A stretch of DNA of 64,000 nt from NCBI RefSeq assembly GCF_009914755.1, contig NC_060937.1. One strand, written 5' to 3'. Below are positions 13,290-27,675 of this stretch, piece by piece. Source of the stretch: the human T2T-CHM13v2.0 reference genome, Homo sapiens. A model generated the notes under the pieces. That model did no database searches. It had not been told where the DNA came from and saw only the letters and a program-made list of their open reading frames with translations. Position numbers and translations under genes: made by a program. Every line of letters begins with the position of its first letter. Position 1 is the first letter of the stretch.

Positions 13290-15042
13290 TTACTGAAAGA
13301 CTCAGTATTTGAATTTTTGATATCTTTCTCAGGTATCTTCCACGTGGCTTCAGCCATCCATTCATGGCCTTCACCAAGTTCCAGTATCATGAATAAATTT
13401 GGAAAGATCAAGGTGTCCTGGGTTATGTGCTTCCATGAAAAGTCTAAATCCATTGACAAGTTTCTGGGGGTTTTCTCCTGGGACAGACAAAACTTTCACT
13501 ATTGCTTTGAGCTCTAAGTTTTGTTCATGGAATAAAGGTGGTTAAAGGAGCAGAACCTGTTGATGTCAGGGACTAACTTTATAAGGGGTTTATCTAGTTT
13601 TCTAGACTTGGAAGATAACTGGAGTTACCTTGGAGTGGGAAGATAACTGAAAAATTAAAATGAAATCCTAAGCTCTTCAAACTGACTGAATGCTCCCCTT
13701 TTGGTCAAGAAGACCCCTGAGAAGCCTTGTAAACTGAGTTGCTGTCCATGACAGGATACAAGATGGGACACATCTCATTATACCTACATCCTTGTTAACT
13801 GCCGTTATTAGGCTTTCTTCTCTAAGAGCTAAACAGAAACTAGCCCTTTAGAAAGACTCTCTCAACCAGCTACTGGAAGTTGACCCTCCCTTTTGCAATT
13901 TGGAATAAGCAACCGACCGGTATTCCCTCCAGGCTACACAGGATGTTGCAGTGAGTTTTCATGGCCTCTGCTTCACCTTTTGATGTCAGAAGGCCGAAAA
14001 CTTCACTGTTGAACCTGGGTCCCATGGAGAGTTATGAAGTTTAATTGTATATGCATGCGTCTCCTTTCACAATTATTTATGATTCCTTCATAGCTTTTTG
14101 AATATGTATATTTTGCCACTCCTTTCTGCATAAATCCTGGTATTTTTCTTACAGTCCTCCAAGTGTCCGTTTCTAGTTTCTGGCTGGAGACTATGCCTCC
14201 CAGCTTGTCAGAATGGCCACCCTGCAGGCTTCCACCCTTTATGAGAAATAAAGCTCTTCTTTCCAGGTTTATAAACCTTGTCATTCTTCAGCTGACATAA
14301 CTTAGTGAAAAGGCTAGCAGATTCAGAGTAATTAGACGGAGGAGGATAGAGGGAAAGAAAGAAGGTGCAGTTGGAATTAAGTTAGTCAACATATAATTTT
14401 TTCTCACTAGTTACTTAAGATTTTCATTTGCCTTTTCTGAGGAGTCTTTTGGAGATGAAATTTTGACTCATTTAGTCTTTTAGCAGCCTCTGCATGCCAA
14501 TAAAAAATACATCCCGTTGTTTTTGAGGCTCTCAAAATCCCTTTTTCTTTTCAATATGCCCCATAGATGAGCAATTTTTGTTTAGGTTAAAATCTCCCCA
14601 TTGCAGCCACCAAAATTCTAAATTATTTGTGGTATGGTTTATGCATTTCTTTAGAAAAGGATAGGTTCTGAGATGTAGAAGTCCCAGATGTCTTGGATTC
14701 AGATGAACTCATTACTCCCTTTCTTTTTGTAACTTTACCTAGAGTGGACCTTCCTACTGAACCCAGTCCAGTTTTTGTCTGACCCATGCTAATACCTGAG
14801 ACCTCTCTGTTGGAACCAATCTAGTTTCTGCCATGACTTCTGAACCCAGTTGAGATAAAAATGCTCAAATAAACTCAGAGAACTCAACATACATTATGGA
14901 GCTCTTATTTAAGAGGGACCTATTAATGGTGACCTCCCAATGTTCAGTGCAAGAGGCTCAGAGGGGTACCTACACCTATTTTCTCATTGCTCCTAGTCAT
15001 CACTGAAGGTCTACTTCAGATGATCACCTCTCCCATCATAAC
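13290..15042 (-). mobile_element. ERV1 MER4-group internal region (leader/gag-like), interrupted by a solo LTR
   Basis: 14590-14680 resembles the MER4-group gag-like ..TC.FL.KW....NLE..W.QWG.F region. Leader repeats at 14755-14850; adjoins the LTR at 15043. Confidence 0.6.
13648..14297 (+). mobile_element. MER4-family solo LTR
   Basis: TG..CA ends; 4-bp TSD taac at 13644-13647 and 14298-14301; aataaa poly(A) signal near 14247. Confidence 0.85.
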
Positions 15043-15406
15043 TGTCAAAAGAAAAGCTTTAGATATAATAAATTGTCAGAGTTTATTTGAGAGAAAAAAA
15101 AAAGAGTGTTATGAATTGGGCAGGACTCAGAAACAGAAGAGGTTCTGAGAGTTCTGCTGCAGCACATGGGTAGCTAGCTTTCATAGGCTGATGTGGAAGG
15201 AAGACAAAGAAAATATATCTGATTTGTTACAGTGGAAATTCCCAGTTAGAGGTTAGTTGATGTGAAAGGTGGGTAGATGGTTTCTGATTGGTAAAATGTC
15301 TAAATCTGTTTTATGATTTACATTGAGCTTTAGTTTGCTTATGAAGAAACTACAGCGCTACAGATGTCCCAGTCCAATGGCCCCCCAGTTAAAATTTGAT
15401 TTAATG
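15043..15406 (-). mobile_element. ERV1 LTR (MER93/MER57-like); 5' LTR of the adjacent internal region
   Basis: tgtcaaaagaaaa..agagtttatttgag and tttagtttgcttatg..agtccaatggcccccc..ttaa. Confidence 0.7.
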
Positions 15407-16627
15407 AAACATAAGTTTAATTTTTCCACTGTTTGAGAATTTCTATTCTGGTCTTTTAATTGAAGCTAGTTAAACATGCTTGCAAACATTCTCTTTACAT
15501 TTTTTAAAAATGGATTTGCTCTTTTAACAAAAGGAAATGTCCTTTTTATATAGTTTTCCTGTTGAATTAAAATCTCTACTATATCTGTTATTAAATTGCT
15601 ACATTAACTTTCTTTTTTGAAGTGTGGGCATGGTCTATATTTTTTAATGAAGTTACTTCCTGGAGATTTATATTTAAGGAGAGTTTCTTCTGAACTGAAT
15701 ATAGTGCATTTTCTTCATTTTATTTTAGAATAAATATAGATATTTAATTGGATTTTTGTGTGTTTATATACAACATGATTTCTGATATATTTTTATTTCA
15801 ACCTATGATCTTATTATGTGTTTTCTTTGTCCCATAAATTTTTTTTGCTTCATTTATAATTTATTTTGAAGGAATTTATTTTTTGTACATTCTATGTAAT
15901 TCATTTTAATTTCTATAGCACTTTCTTGTATGTTAAGTAGCTATTTTTGGGGTTTTTTTTGAATCATTAAAAAGGAGGTGAAAACATGGCAGTATAATTT
16001 TCCTTTAAAAAGTTATATGCAATCTGAAGTTACCTCAGAGGCTAATTAGAAGGCATTTTTCTTTCATTTTTTCTGTTTTTCTCCTCCTTCTCCTTCTTCT
16101 TCTTTTTTTATAGAAGGAACTCTACCTATGTTAACCAACAAGTTGTAGGTTAAAAATAAATTCATTCAAAATAAATTAGATACCACTGTTACACTGACCT
16201 ATGAAATAATTAAAGCATATTTTACTGAAGATTTTAAAATACCCAAATATAGAAAATTATTCAATGTCTGATCATTTGAAAAGATATTGTAAACAAAACA
16301 TTTACCCTTCTTGGGAGAAAAATTAAACAGAAATATCTAAAGAATCTGCTTTTCCATCTGCAGTTATTTACCTTAATTATACCTTCATTATCTCATTACA
16401 GCTGGCTTTTTTCCCCCCTAGCAGTCTGTTCTCTACTCTGTCCATCCATTACTTTTGGGGGAAACAATCAAATATATTAATGTTAATTCTCTTCTTAGGA
16501 CTCTATTGTGGAACTTCACTCTCTGTAGCAAAAATCCAAAATTATTAGCAGGCCTGCCAATACCCTTCTCAATTTAGTTCCAAGCTAACTCAGCAAGTAC
16601 TCTGCAGCTCAAAATCTCTAGCTTTCT

Positions 16628-16882
16628 GTGCAACAATGGCCTGATCATATCTTACTGCAGCCTCGAACTCCTGGGCTCATATGATCCTCCTGCTCAGCCA
16701 CCTGAAGAACTAAGATTACAGGTGCACTGCACCACACCCAGCTAATGTTGTTTCTATTGTTGTTGTAGAGACGGGGTCTCACCAGGTTGCCCAGTCTGAT
16801 CTCAAACTCCTGACCTGAAGCAATCCTCTCATCTTGGCCTCCCAAAGCACTGGATTATTGGTGTGAGCCTCCATAACTGGCC
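16628..16882 (-). mobile_element. AluJ, tail end missing, within L2-like sequence
   Basis: cagcctcgaactcctgggctca..gatcctcct and gagacggggtctcacc..gttgcccag. Confidence 0.9.
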
Positions 16883-18801
16883 TTAGCTTCCAATTTTTGT
16901 ATGAGTTATAGCTTTCTTTGTTTGGAAATGCTTTCCATCTTATTTACTACTAGAAAAGAAAAACAATACAAAAGACTTTACCCAGTATTTTAATATCTGT
17001 GTCACATATTACCATTTCATTTTAGTGTTTCTTGACCTCAGTCTAAATTACAGCTTACCTTGATTGCCTAAAAATGGACGTTAAGGTGACAATCAATTGA
17101 GAAAGGGACAAATGAGGCCCCCGTCAGGAGAATTCTAGCTCAGTGATTATAATGTTTACATGTATTAATACCTAAGTCAACCCTGCACTTACTCATAGAG
17201 GAAAAAAAATTATGTTACTTTTGCTCTGTTATATTGGACATAAATCCCTTCTTTAGGAAATTTGTTATTAATGCATCATAATACCGGCCATTTGTTTCAC
17301 CCTAAATTGTTAAAAATGACATTTTGATTAATGTTATTAAGACCACATAATCATTTCACCTTCGTTTGGAACCTATTATAGGTATAGAATTTTAGAGTTT
17401 TATAATCTGTTGGTAGATGATAAATAAACCAAGTATATAGCTAACAATAAGTTGAAGAATAATAAGACATTTAATATTAGCAGCATTTGGGAATGCCATA
17501 TAAGCATGGAACGCAAAAGAGCTGAGAAAGATTCTCAAACTCAACTGACATTTTAAAATATTTATTTAAAGATTTAATTTAAAAACATTATAGTCAATAA
17601 TAATCTTGCAAAAGATTAATAATTTAAGTGCACAATATTCAAATTTCATTCAGTTACCTAAAAATCAATCATATTTAATAAACATATATTTAATCCTTGT
17701 CATACTTTATAATGTTTCATATAGATTAGCTTCTTTTGTTAAAGTTACATTATTTCAATATCAAAATATATACATTTAAAATAAAATTTCATGAATACTA
17801 GAATCAGGAAATTACATTTAGTGTAATTTCAGTGTTTAAGTAAAGTAACATATATAAACTTTCCAGTCTGGGATTACGTTCTTGATTTAGTCATTTTTTG
17901 TGCAAGTTAGGACTGTACTGCTTGTGCAATCATTTGGATTTTTTCTTGTAAAAATAATCATTAACAAAGATATGATGATAAATTTCAACTAGACTCCTAT
18001 TCATGAAAATTCATGTAGTCATTACCTTAAATAATTTTGTTTCTCAAGGTTTCCTAAAATTAATGGAATATATTTCACATGAATAGCCTGCTCCATATTT
18101 TTAGGGTAAACATGATGTATCTTGACATTATAGTTATCTTTCATCTTCTTTCCTAAGGAACTGAACAGACACTAATGGTCTTGTCCCAAGTTCCTTCTTA
18201 TCACATCCATGTATTTTTAATGATTCTCTTTTCATTTTAAATTCTGTTTGAAAATTTGTGAAAGGGATTTGGCATGACTCAGAACATAGTTATCTTTTAA
18301 AATCAGGATCTAGCAATTCATTTAAAATTGAAATATGGCATACCTGTGCAACAAAAAAGATTTCAAAATATCTCTATGTAAGAATTTTTATTAAATAATA
18401 GCCATTTGATCCATAGTCAATTCTTGTGTATATTGTCTTTTCTTTTCAAAATAAGGATGCAGGTTTTTAGGTCAATATATACCAAACTATTTATTATTAT
18501 AATTGCATACCACTAAATTCAAAATTACTGATATCCTTTAAGTAGAACATAAAGAGATTCCAAAAGGGAAATACATAGAGGGTATAGTGCCTCATTTTCT
18601 CTACCTAGGACTTGAGTAGAAGACTAAGATATTACAACCTAGTTAACTTGATGTGGAGTCAGAATAAGAGAGAATGGTGTTACATGTGCCTTTTTTATTT
18701 GGGACTATCCATGCATAGCTTGATGTGATTTTACATGGGAGGTAAAGAGTAGAGAAGCAAGAGGCAATGTTGAGTGAAGTGCCTGGACTGATGGGCCAGT
18801 G

Positions 18802-19552
18802 TGTAACCTGACAGACTCATGAATCTCTAATTTAAGACAAATGAAACCAGTGCCCAGATAGCCATTAATGATTAGGAAGTGAGTAATTGACATTTCTCTA
18901 GGCAGTTATTAACTGTAACCTTTAGCTGTTTGTTTAACCATTGATAGCTGTGCTGCTTATTTGTAAATGTCACATAGCCTCACGATAGTTTCTGCAATGT
19001 TCCTATAGATAACATCTCACTATGATGGATCAAAAGATGTTGTCTAAGTTGTTTGTCAGGAAATGAAGACTCAGCCTTGAACCTAGCTCAAACCAGTTGA
19101 GACCACCAAGACTTCAAGTAAGTTTGCATTAGTGTCTAATGGTTGACTTTTTGATGTTAAAAAGAAGTCAAAACTCCACCCCTGGAACCAAATAAAAGCA
19201 AAAACAAAAACAAAAGCAAAAGACCCTCAATGACTAGGACCATGTTCTTGTGGATCTGTTTCTGAAGTGAAAGGTGACCCAGATAGTTGCACTCTGGTAC
19301 CTAATCCATGGTCCCTGGAGTTTCCTCCATCCCAGCCAATCAACGGATGGCTCCTCATAACCCAATCCCCAACCCCTCAGTCCAGTCCCTAAAATACTCC
19401 TGCTTATGACCCATAAATGAGGTGGATTTGAGAATTGCTTTCCCATCTCCTCACTTGGGTGCCTCATAAATAAATCCTTGCTTTGCTGCAAATCTTGATG
19501 TCTCAGTGATTGCCTTGCTACACATTGGATAAATGAGCCTGGTTTGGTAACA
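18802..19552 (+). mobile_element. ERV1 LTR (MER66/LOR1-like), possibly chimeric
   Basis: tgtaacc..ggtaaca ends; gaggtggatttgagaattg..cccatctcc..aataaa..tgtctcagtgattg 3' region; internal (CAAAAA)n at 19190-19220. Confidence 0.65.
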
Positions 19553-20041
19553 CAAACAAAAAACACCAAAAATCCTTGGGAACTCAAAATTATTGAACTC
19601 CTAAGTCTGAGAGCACTGGAATTTTGAGCTAGGGAAGTTTTAGAGGAGGAAGTGTAAAGAACCAAAGGTGACTACAGTGTTATTTTTTATCCTAGTGTGG
19701 GCATATATTCTAAAAGGAATCTTCCAATCAGTCTTGTAGCAATGAGTAAAGTGAAGATAGATCACAATGCTAGGGAATAAAATGGATGATGCACTTCAGC
19801 CAGAAGATAAGCAATGCCAAAGAATGAAATGGGATAAGATCGTCAAAGAAAGTTCTGAAAAAAGTAGGTATTTACCCATAAGTGACAAAGTACTTGACTA
19901 TTGTTCTAATTTTTGAATTCGGCTGAAAAATCTTAATTGGAATAAATTACAATTTAGTGATGCTATAAGATTCTGTTCCATATGAGCTGGATATTTAAAA
20001 TGATGTTTGAGTTAAAAAATATTTTAGAATTTGAAATTTTG

Positions 20042-20350
<309 letters not shown>

Positions 20351-20508
20351 TTAAATCACTAATTATGTTTCTAAAATTTACAAATAGTCTCTTGCCTTCT
20401 TGAATTTCAGGTTTAAGGTAAACCTTCTTCTTCCTCACTCTTTGCTCCCCAGTTGATTACAGGAATGCTCACATTGGCTTATTCCATGCCACTATTGTAG
20501 TGGATGGT

Positions 20509-20925
20509 GTCTGGCCTCAGAACACTATACACCAAAATACGGCATCTTGACAGCTGAGAAAACCACAGCAGCAAGGTCACTCTGACCTTTTCCCATATTT
20601 CTTCCCAAAGGATGCTCATAAAGAAATTCTCTGACCTACCTTGCCTGAAACTAGGTCGTAAGATCCTCATTCCAGAGAAATCCTGTACTATACCTGGAGG
20701 CCAAGAAGAATCTGAACAGTTTCCCCAGTATATTACCTTCAGGTAACAATTACTCCCTTTTTTGGTTCAATTATATTTCTACATGAATGTCTGCTTTTCA
20801 TTAAATCAAAGAAGAAAAATACACTTTCTGCAGGTCTTTGGGTCTTGCTTTTTACTTGTCAATCTCTTTTGTTATAGGAGTCTCAGTTATGCACCTTGCA
20901 ATAAATTAGGAAAACAAAGTACTTT
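20509..20925 (+). mobile_element. ERV1 LTR (MER39/LTR48/LTR49-like)
   Basis: ctcagaacactatacaccaaaatacggc..aggtcactctgacc..ggaggccaagaagaatctgaacag. Confidence 0.7.
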
Positions 20926-21059
20926 TTATTCTTTAAACATTATTAGAAATATCCCCCATTCCTCTCTTAAAAATTATTTCAACTCAATCTACAAACTTCA
21001 AAATTCTTTACTTTTGATATGAGGATCAAATATGTGAAACTTCTTAAGGTACAATTTAG

Positions 21060-21421
<362 letters not shown>

Positions 21422-21570
21422 AGTCAGGTACCATTTCTATGTTTCAGTATAGGTCAGTATAAAAATTGGATTCTTTCAGATATCCACACAACCAACTAAG
21501 AATAATGTTAACATGACTAATTTTCTCTCATATTATTATTATTAGAAAATTATGCCAAGCCTCTATTTGA

Positions 21571-21914
<344 letters not shown>

Positions 21915-21979
21915 TATATTTTATATCTTTTAATTTTATTTATTTTATATATTTCACATGCTTAAATTTTAATAAACAA

Positions 21980-22832
21980 TTTTCATTTTGTTTTTTATAC
22001 ATATATAATATTTGTGCATACTTACGATGTACATGTGATATTTTGTGACATGCATAAAATGTGTAATGATCAGGTCTGGGTGTTCAGCGTATCTATCACC
22101 TCAGGTATTTATTGTTTCTATGTGTTAGGGATACTTCAAGTCATCTCTTCTAGCTATTTTGAAATAGACAATACATTTTTGTTAACTATAGTCATCCTAC
22201 ACTGCTATCAAACATTAGAACTTATTCCCTCTGTCGAATTGTATATTTTTACCCATTAGCCATCCTGTCTCCATTCCTGGCCCCCACACCCTACCTACCC
22301 TCCAGTGCTTATCATTCTATTCTCTACCTCCATGAGATCAAACTCTTTGGCTCCCACATATGATTGAGAACATGCAATATTTTTCTTTCTATACCTGGCT
22401 TATTTCATTTAGCATAATGACTTCCAATTCCACCCATGTTGCTGCAAATGACATGATTTCACTCTTTTTTATGGCTAAATAGTATTCCATTGTGTAGATA
22501 CATAACGTTTTCTTTATCCATTCATCTGTTGATGGACATTTAGGTGGATTTCATATCTTTGCTATTGTAAATACTGCTGCAATAAACATGGGTGCAGGAG
22601 GAAGCTATCCCTTTGATATACTGATTTCTTTTCCTTTAGATAAATATCCGGTAGTGGGATTGATGAATTGGCTGGTAGTTCTATTTGTAATTTTTGGAGA
22701 AATCTCTATACTGTTTTCCATAGTGACTGTATTAGTTTACATTCCCACTAGCAGTTTAAAATTTCCCTTTTATCTGTCATCCTTGCCAGCATCTGTTACT
22801 TTTTGTCTTTTTAGTAATAGCCATTCTAACTG
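21980..22832 (-). mobile_element. L1MA (about MA1-3) 3' end
   Basis: tgtacatgtgatattttg..tgtgtaatgatca..ttaactatagtcatccta..atagccattctaactgg. Confidence 0.88.
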
Positions 22833-22978
22833 GCTATATTGTCAACTCCTTAAGCTTGGCCTATACTGTAAACTCTTTAAGGTTGTCATTCCAGAGTGTA
22901 AGTTTAATCATCATCAACAAATAATGTTAGAATTTTTATAGTCACATTCCTTAAGTGGTGTTAAATATAAATAAAAAT

Positions 22979-23537
22979 TGTGAGATCACATAATAGGCTG
23001 CACTAAAATATGAAGAGTTGTTGAGCTGAAGACAATTAAAAAGTAACAGAGACAGAAAAGTTCTCTGCCCTCCCTCTATTTGCCTAAAAGCAGGACACAG
23101 ACTTACAAAGACAAAAGGTATTCTGTGCCCACTCACCTACTACCACAGAGAACAAAGGCTAATTACTGAAGGCAACTTTAGAGCTTTATCAGCCTGGAGA
23201 GGGTCAGAGGAATCTATATTAACAGGCTTTGCTAACATTTATCTGCCAATTATTTGCCTTTCCACAAGTTGCAGCCTCTAGAGACTCAAAGCCCTTTTTC
23301 TATGTCTTGTCAGTTCTCTAAAAATGTACTGTTTTTGTTGAAGATGCTATATAAACTCAAATTCAAACTCACCTCTTTGAGAATTTTTCATTTCCTGGGT
23401 GTGTTCCATTTATATATGAAATCTGCATGTTAATGAACTTCTGTTTGTTCTTCTCTTGTTAATCTGTTAATCTGTTTTTTGTAACAGGGATGTGTTTCAA
23501 CTAAGAATATATGGGATTTACTCTTTCTTCCCCTGTA
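22979..23537 (+). mobile_element. MER34A-like LTR
   Basis: aaaatatgaagagttgttgagctgaagacaattaa..ctctgccctccctctatttgcctaaaagcaggaca. Confidence 0.85.
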
Positions 23538-23806
23538 GAATCTTGTGGACATAAGAGTAATATTGAGATGATGATTCATAAGCAGGGAAACCACTAATTT
23601 CAGAATTCTATCCTAAACAGTTAACTTGTTTGAGTTTGTTAAACGTTAAATATATATAGTCCTTTGCTTTCGAAATTCTTTTCTCATATAAATAAATATT
23701 TGTTCTTCAGTAAGGTAGGCCGAGAGATGCCATAGATAGAAAAAAGAGAAAACATTCATAAGTATTAAAGTTACAAAAATAAGAATCATAAATCCTATAA
23801 ATCAGC

Positions 23807-23858
23807 AGGGAAGGAAGGAAGGAAGGAAGCAGGGAAGGAAGGGAGGAAGGGAAAGGAA
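23807..23858. repeat. (GGAA)n purine tract
   Basis: Five consecutive GGAA at 23809-23828 plus degenerate units. Confidence 0.9.
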
Positions 23859-24007
23859 TTTACTTGCAGGTATGTTTTAAGAGTGGTTTTGACAGCAGAA
23901 TGCTAAATTTCCTAGGTATTTTGGGAAATGCAAGAAAATCAGATTATGAAGTGTAGGAGGCTGATAAAGTGTAGGCCCTGTGGATCTGTTCTCTCAGGAT
24001 AAGCCAT

Positions 24008-24200
24008 CACAAAACCGAACAAACTTTTACAAAAAGGAATTCAGATATATATAGAAGGCAGTAAATAAAACAGAGGCAGCTGCTTGTTTATATCCTGGTG
24101 TACTTTCACACTCTGAAGCCACTGACACACAGAGGTGCTGACAAAGATCAGAAGGACAGTGAACAAACACAACACCAAAACAAACTCTGCTGTGCCCTTT
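24008..24200 (+). repeat. Local direct duplication B, copy 1 (probable donor)
   Basis: Matches 25251-25442; about 15 mismatches and one 2-bp gap over the first about 143 bp. Confidence 0.92.
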
Positions 24201-24814
24201 CTTGACAGCAGGGCTCAGAGCAGAGTCCCTCCAACTTCCTCAAGCTCCTCTGGTTCCTGAGAAATGTAGCCATGAGAACTCTCTTTTCATAACTCAGACA
24301 TAAACAATCTAAGGTGAAAAAAATATCAAAGCTGTGTGCTTCCTTAGAAAGTAGGCATGTTCAAATCACATCATGTCATTATTTCTCAACCTACAGACTG
24401 AATTTTTTTTAAAGTTCAGACCAAACAGTTAATAATGGGGTTAAATAAAACAGAGAAATTTATACCCTCTGAAGGTGCTATATTAAGCAATAAAATTCAA
24501 TGATGTCATGCAAACAATTGGGCCTTGAAATATTATTCTTTATTACCAAGAAAAATAAGGACAGGTCTCCAAATAACAACAAAACATCACTGTCAACCAT
24601 ATTCCAAATAAATCACACAATCACAAGAAAAAAAAAAACAAATAAAACTCTAGCAATAAACATAAGCGTGCATAGGCATTCTTCCAATGTGAGGACCACA
24701 CTTAAGAGACTCGGTTAAATGCTGAGCTGGATCTCTTATTCACAAATTTCCTTGAATGTTACATTATCATGTTACATTTACTAAGCCTTATACAATATCA
24801 TTTTGATAAATGAT

Positions 24815-25250
24815 TTTAAAGAGATTTAGGATATATCACTCCGATATATACCATCCTGGCATCTTGATTATTTTGAATAAAAACAAATTGCACTCAACCA
24901 ACACAGAAACAGTTCTTCATCTTCCACTCAACTGCCTAAAATAAAGTTCCCTTTCGTAAAGAAGATTTATATCCATACGGGATTTTTTTTTTTTCTTTTT
25001 TTTTTTAGTAAGGATATCTGTAACAGGAAGCGAGCTGCTCCCAGACAACTTTTATTACCTAAGAGAGTTTTGTCTGCATAACAAGGCAACCTTTGTTCAC
25101 CATACATTTCTTCTCCTCACGCTGCGATAATTTGACTCTACCACCTCTCAGGAGCCTCAAGCCCCTGTTTCTTTCTATAGCTCAGGATGTGATATAGACT
25201 TTCTTCATCTGGCCCTTCTTTGACTCTAATATTTTTGTGGGACTCCTGTG
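24815..25250 (+). mobile_element. MER34B-like LTR, 3'-truncated
   Basis: ggatatatcactcc..ctggcat..gattattttga..tagctcaggatg..tttgtgggactcctgtg, then an abrupt switch to duplication B copy 2. Confidence 0.75.
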
Positions 25251-25442
25251 CACAGAACCAAACAAATTTACAAAAAGGAATTCAGAGATATATAGAAGGC
25301 AGTAAAGAAAATAGAGGCAGCTGCTTCTTTTTATCTTGGAGTACTTTCACAGTTTGGAGCCACTGACACACAAAGGTGCTGGCAAAAATCAGGCTGGTGA
25401 ACAAAACAACAAACACTGAAGCAAACCCTGCCATTTTCCTTT
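25251..25442 (+). repeat. Local direct duplication B, copy 2
   Basis: Copy of 24008-24200 lying between two truncated LTRs. Confidence 0.92.
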
Positions 25443-25444
25443 TT

Positions 25445-26139
25445 TAGTGGCTAATCTTGCCTGGTTATTTGATGAGATTCCTGGGTTGGGAGGGTGGGTG
25501 GTGCATCTTAACGCAATTGCATTTCTTTTGAACATGTTTCCTTAGTCCAATAAGGAAATTCCAGATGTTGCAGAATTTTGCTCCTTAGTTCTACTAAAAC
25601 TGGGTTCTTGTGACACAACCAGGAAAAATTAGGCACACATACACATTGAATGGAATGTATTGGGTGAAAAGAAAAGAAAAGAAAAAAAGAACTATCAGCA
25701 AAGCAAGGGGGTTCCTGCTAACAGGCTGCCATCTCACAGATTGATTCCAGGACGCATACATGAGCTGAAGACAGCAGGCTCCTCCCCTGTGTAAGACTCA
25801 AATTCTCCATAGCTCCACCCACTTCCGCCAGTGCCTGTTTCTGGCTCCAGGCCGCTGGGTGAAATGCCCAGACCAGCCCTGGGAAGCTTCTCTCATCTGC
25901 ACAAAAACATCTGTTGTAAACACTTGTGGGGCAGGTTGGAGATTCTCTAGGGATCCCTTTTTATCTGCCTAGGCATGTGGCTGTCTCACAGAGACAGTCC
26001 CTCCCCGTACTAGGGGGTAAGGAGAAACAAGAGAAGGGTAGAAAGTTAGGCTGCTTTTTGGACCTCGCGATTTCTTTTAATTCAAAGTACTAAGCATGCC
26101 AAACTCCATACTTCGGAGTATTGTTCTCTGCATCCAACA
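25445..26139 (-). mobile_element. ERV1 LTR (MER39/LTR51-like), 3'-truncated, interrupted by MER61
   Basis: The minus strand starts tgttggatgcagagaacaatactccgaagtatggagtttggcatgct.agtactttgaattaaaa. Confidence 0.65.
25566..25988 (-). mobile_element. MER61-family solo LTR
   Basis: tgttgcagaattttgctccttagttc..ggctgtctca; 4-bp TSD caga at 25562-25565 and 25989-25992. Confidence 0.85.
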
Positions 26140-26164
26140 GCTGCATAGCAATCTAGAAGGAAAA

Positions 26165-26281
26165 CCTCAAGATTCGGCTTCGTTCTCTGCACTACTAGTG
26201 AGAGACAAATAAATTTCTTTTGAGCCATTGTCACTTTGAGTATCTTTGTTACAGGAGCATGGACTATACCCTAACTAATAC
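26165..26281 (+). mobile_element. MLT1 LTR 3' fragment
   Basis: aataaatttc..gagccattg..tttgttacag..ccctaactaatac. Confidence 0.6.
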
Positions 26282-26509
26282 TAGTGGCATCATTCTCACG
26301 TACTCTTCCATTGCTTGCCCTTTAATTCTATATTACATTGTGAGGTTTATCCATGTCTATGCATCTACCTATAATTTATTCATTTTTCCTGCTTCATACC
26401 AGTATTATGTTGTACATTATAAAACACAAATGTATAAAAAGGAAAATCATGTCTTCCAAGTAACTCATGAGTTAAAGATGGAGTCATGGTGAAACGTATA
26501 ACATACTTG

Positions 26510-27224
26510 TGTTAGGGCAGGCAGATAGCTAGACATGAGGAGGAGGGGGAGCCCTGAGAAAAGGGAGGTCTGGACCTCCAGGGACCACCTGAAACCTGCA
26601 TGTTAGATATGGGCAAGGAGGAGGGGAAATTTCTAGGCAGAAAGAACGCCCATTAAGATGCCAAGTAATCATTCACTCTGCAGTTAACCTGTCAGAATGT
26701 AGCTAGATGCATGTTGTAAGGGGAAGAAGGCAAAGAAGAAATGCCTAAGAGATACACAGGCACAAGCACAACCCCTGTAAAACCTTCCTGGGGGCAGGGT
26801 GCGGTAATGAGCAATGCAACCATTAAGTAAAATTTATATCCAACACCAGGCCCATGCACGTGCACCAACTAATAGGAAGGGAGGGTCCCACAAGCCTGGG
26901 GTGGGAAAGGAGAGGACTTAAAAAATAGGAGCGGGAAAACCAGACAAAGAAAAATGGCGGAGACTTCAGACATTGATGGGTAGGAACTTCAAGAAAAAAC
27001 CCAGCTTCATAAAAACCCAACGCAGAGCTTTCAGACTGCTGCTGGATCACTCCCTTGCAGTAACCTGCTCTGCCTCATCTTTCAGAGTGTACTGTCTCTC
27101 TAAATAAACTCTCTGCTCTGTATTTTCCTTCAATAAATTCTCTTTTAAGCTAAATTAATTCGTTAGCAGCGTTCTTTCTCCAAGTAAGACTAATAACCTA
27201 GGATGAGTGCACTGCCTAGTAACA
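26510..27224 (+). mobile_element. MER50/MER83-like solo LTR
   Basis: tgttagggcaggcagatagctagacatgag..ctttcagagtgtactg..aataaactct..gtaaca. Confidence 0.82.
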
Positions 27225-27330
27225 TTTATAGTTGAAATCAACACAAATTTAAAAACTTCTGAGATGCAAAGAAAGTGTTATTTAGGAAATACCTATAACC
27301 TTAAAGTGCACATTTAAAAAATACTGAAAA

Positions 27331-27675
<345 letters not shown>

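Noticed and set aside
13970-19185. Shared motif ttttgatgt..aaaact(t/c)cac at about 13978 and 19148
   Set aside because: Family-level similarity between related MER4-group LTRs.
19234-19665. 143-aa minus-strand ORF
   Set aside because: Antisense to an LTR, no recognisable domain, non-ATG start.
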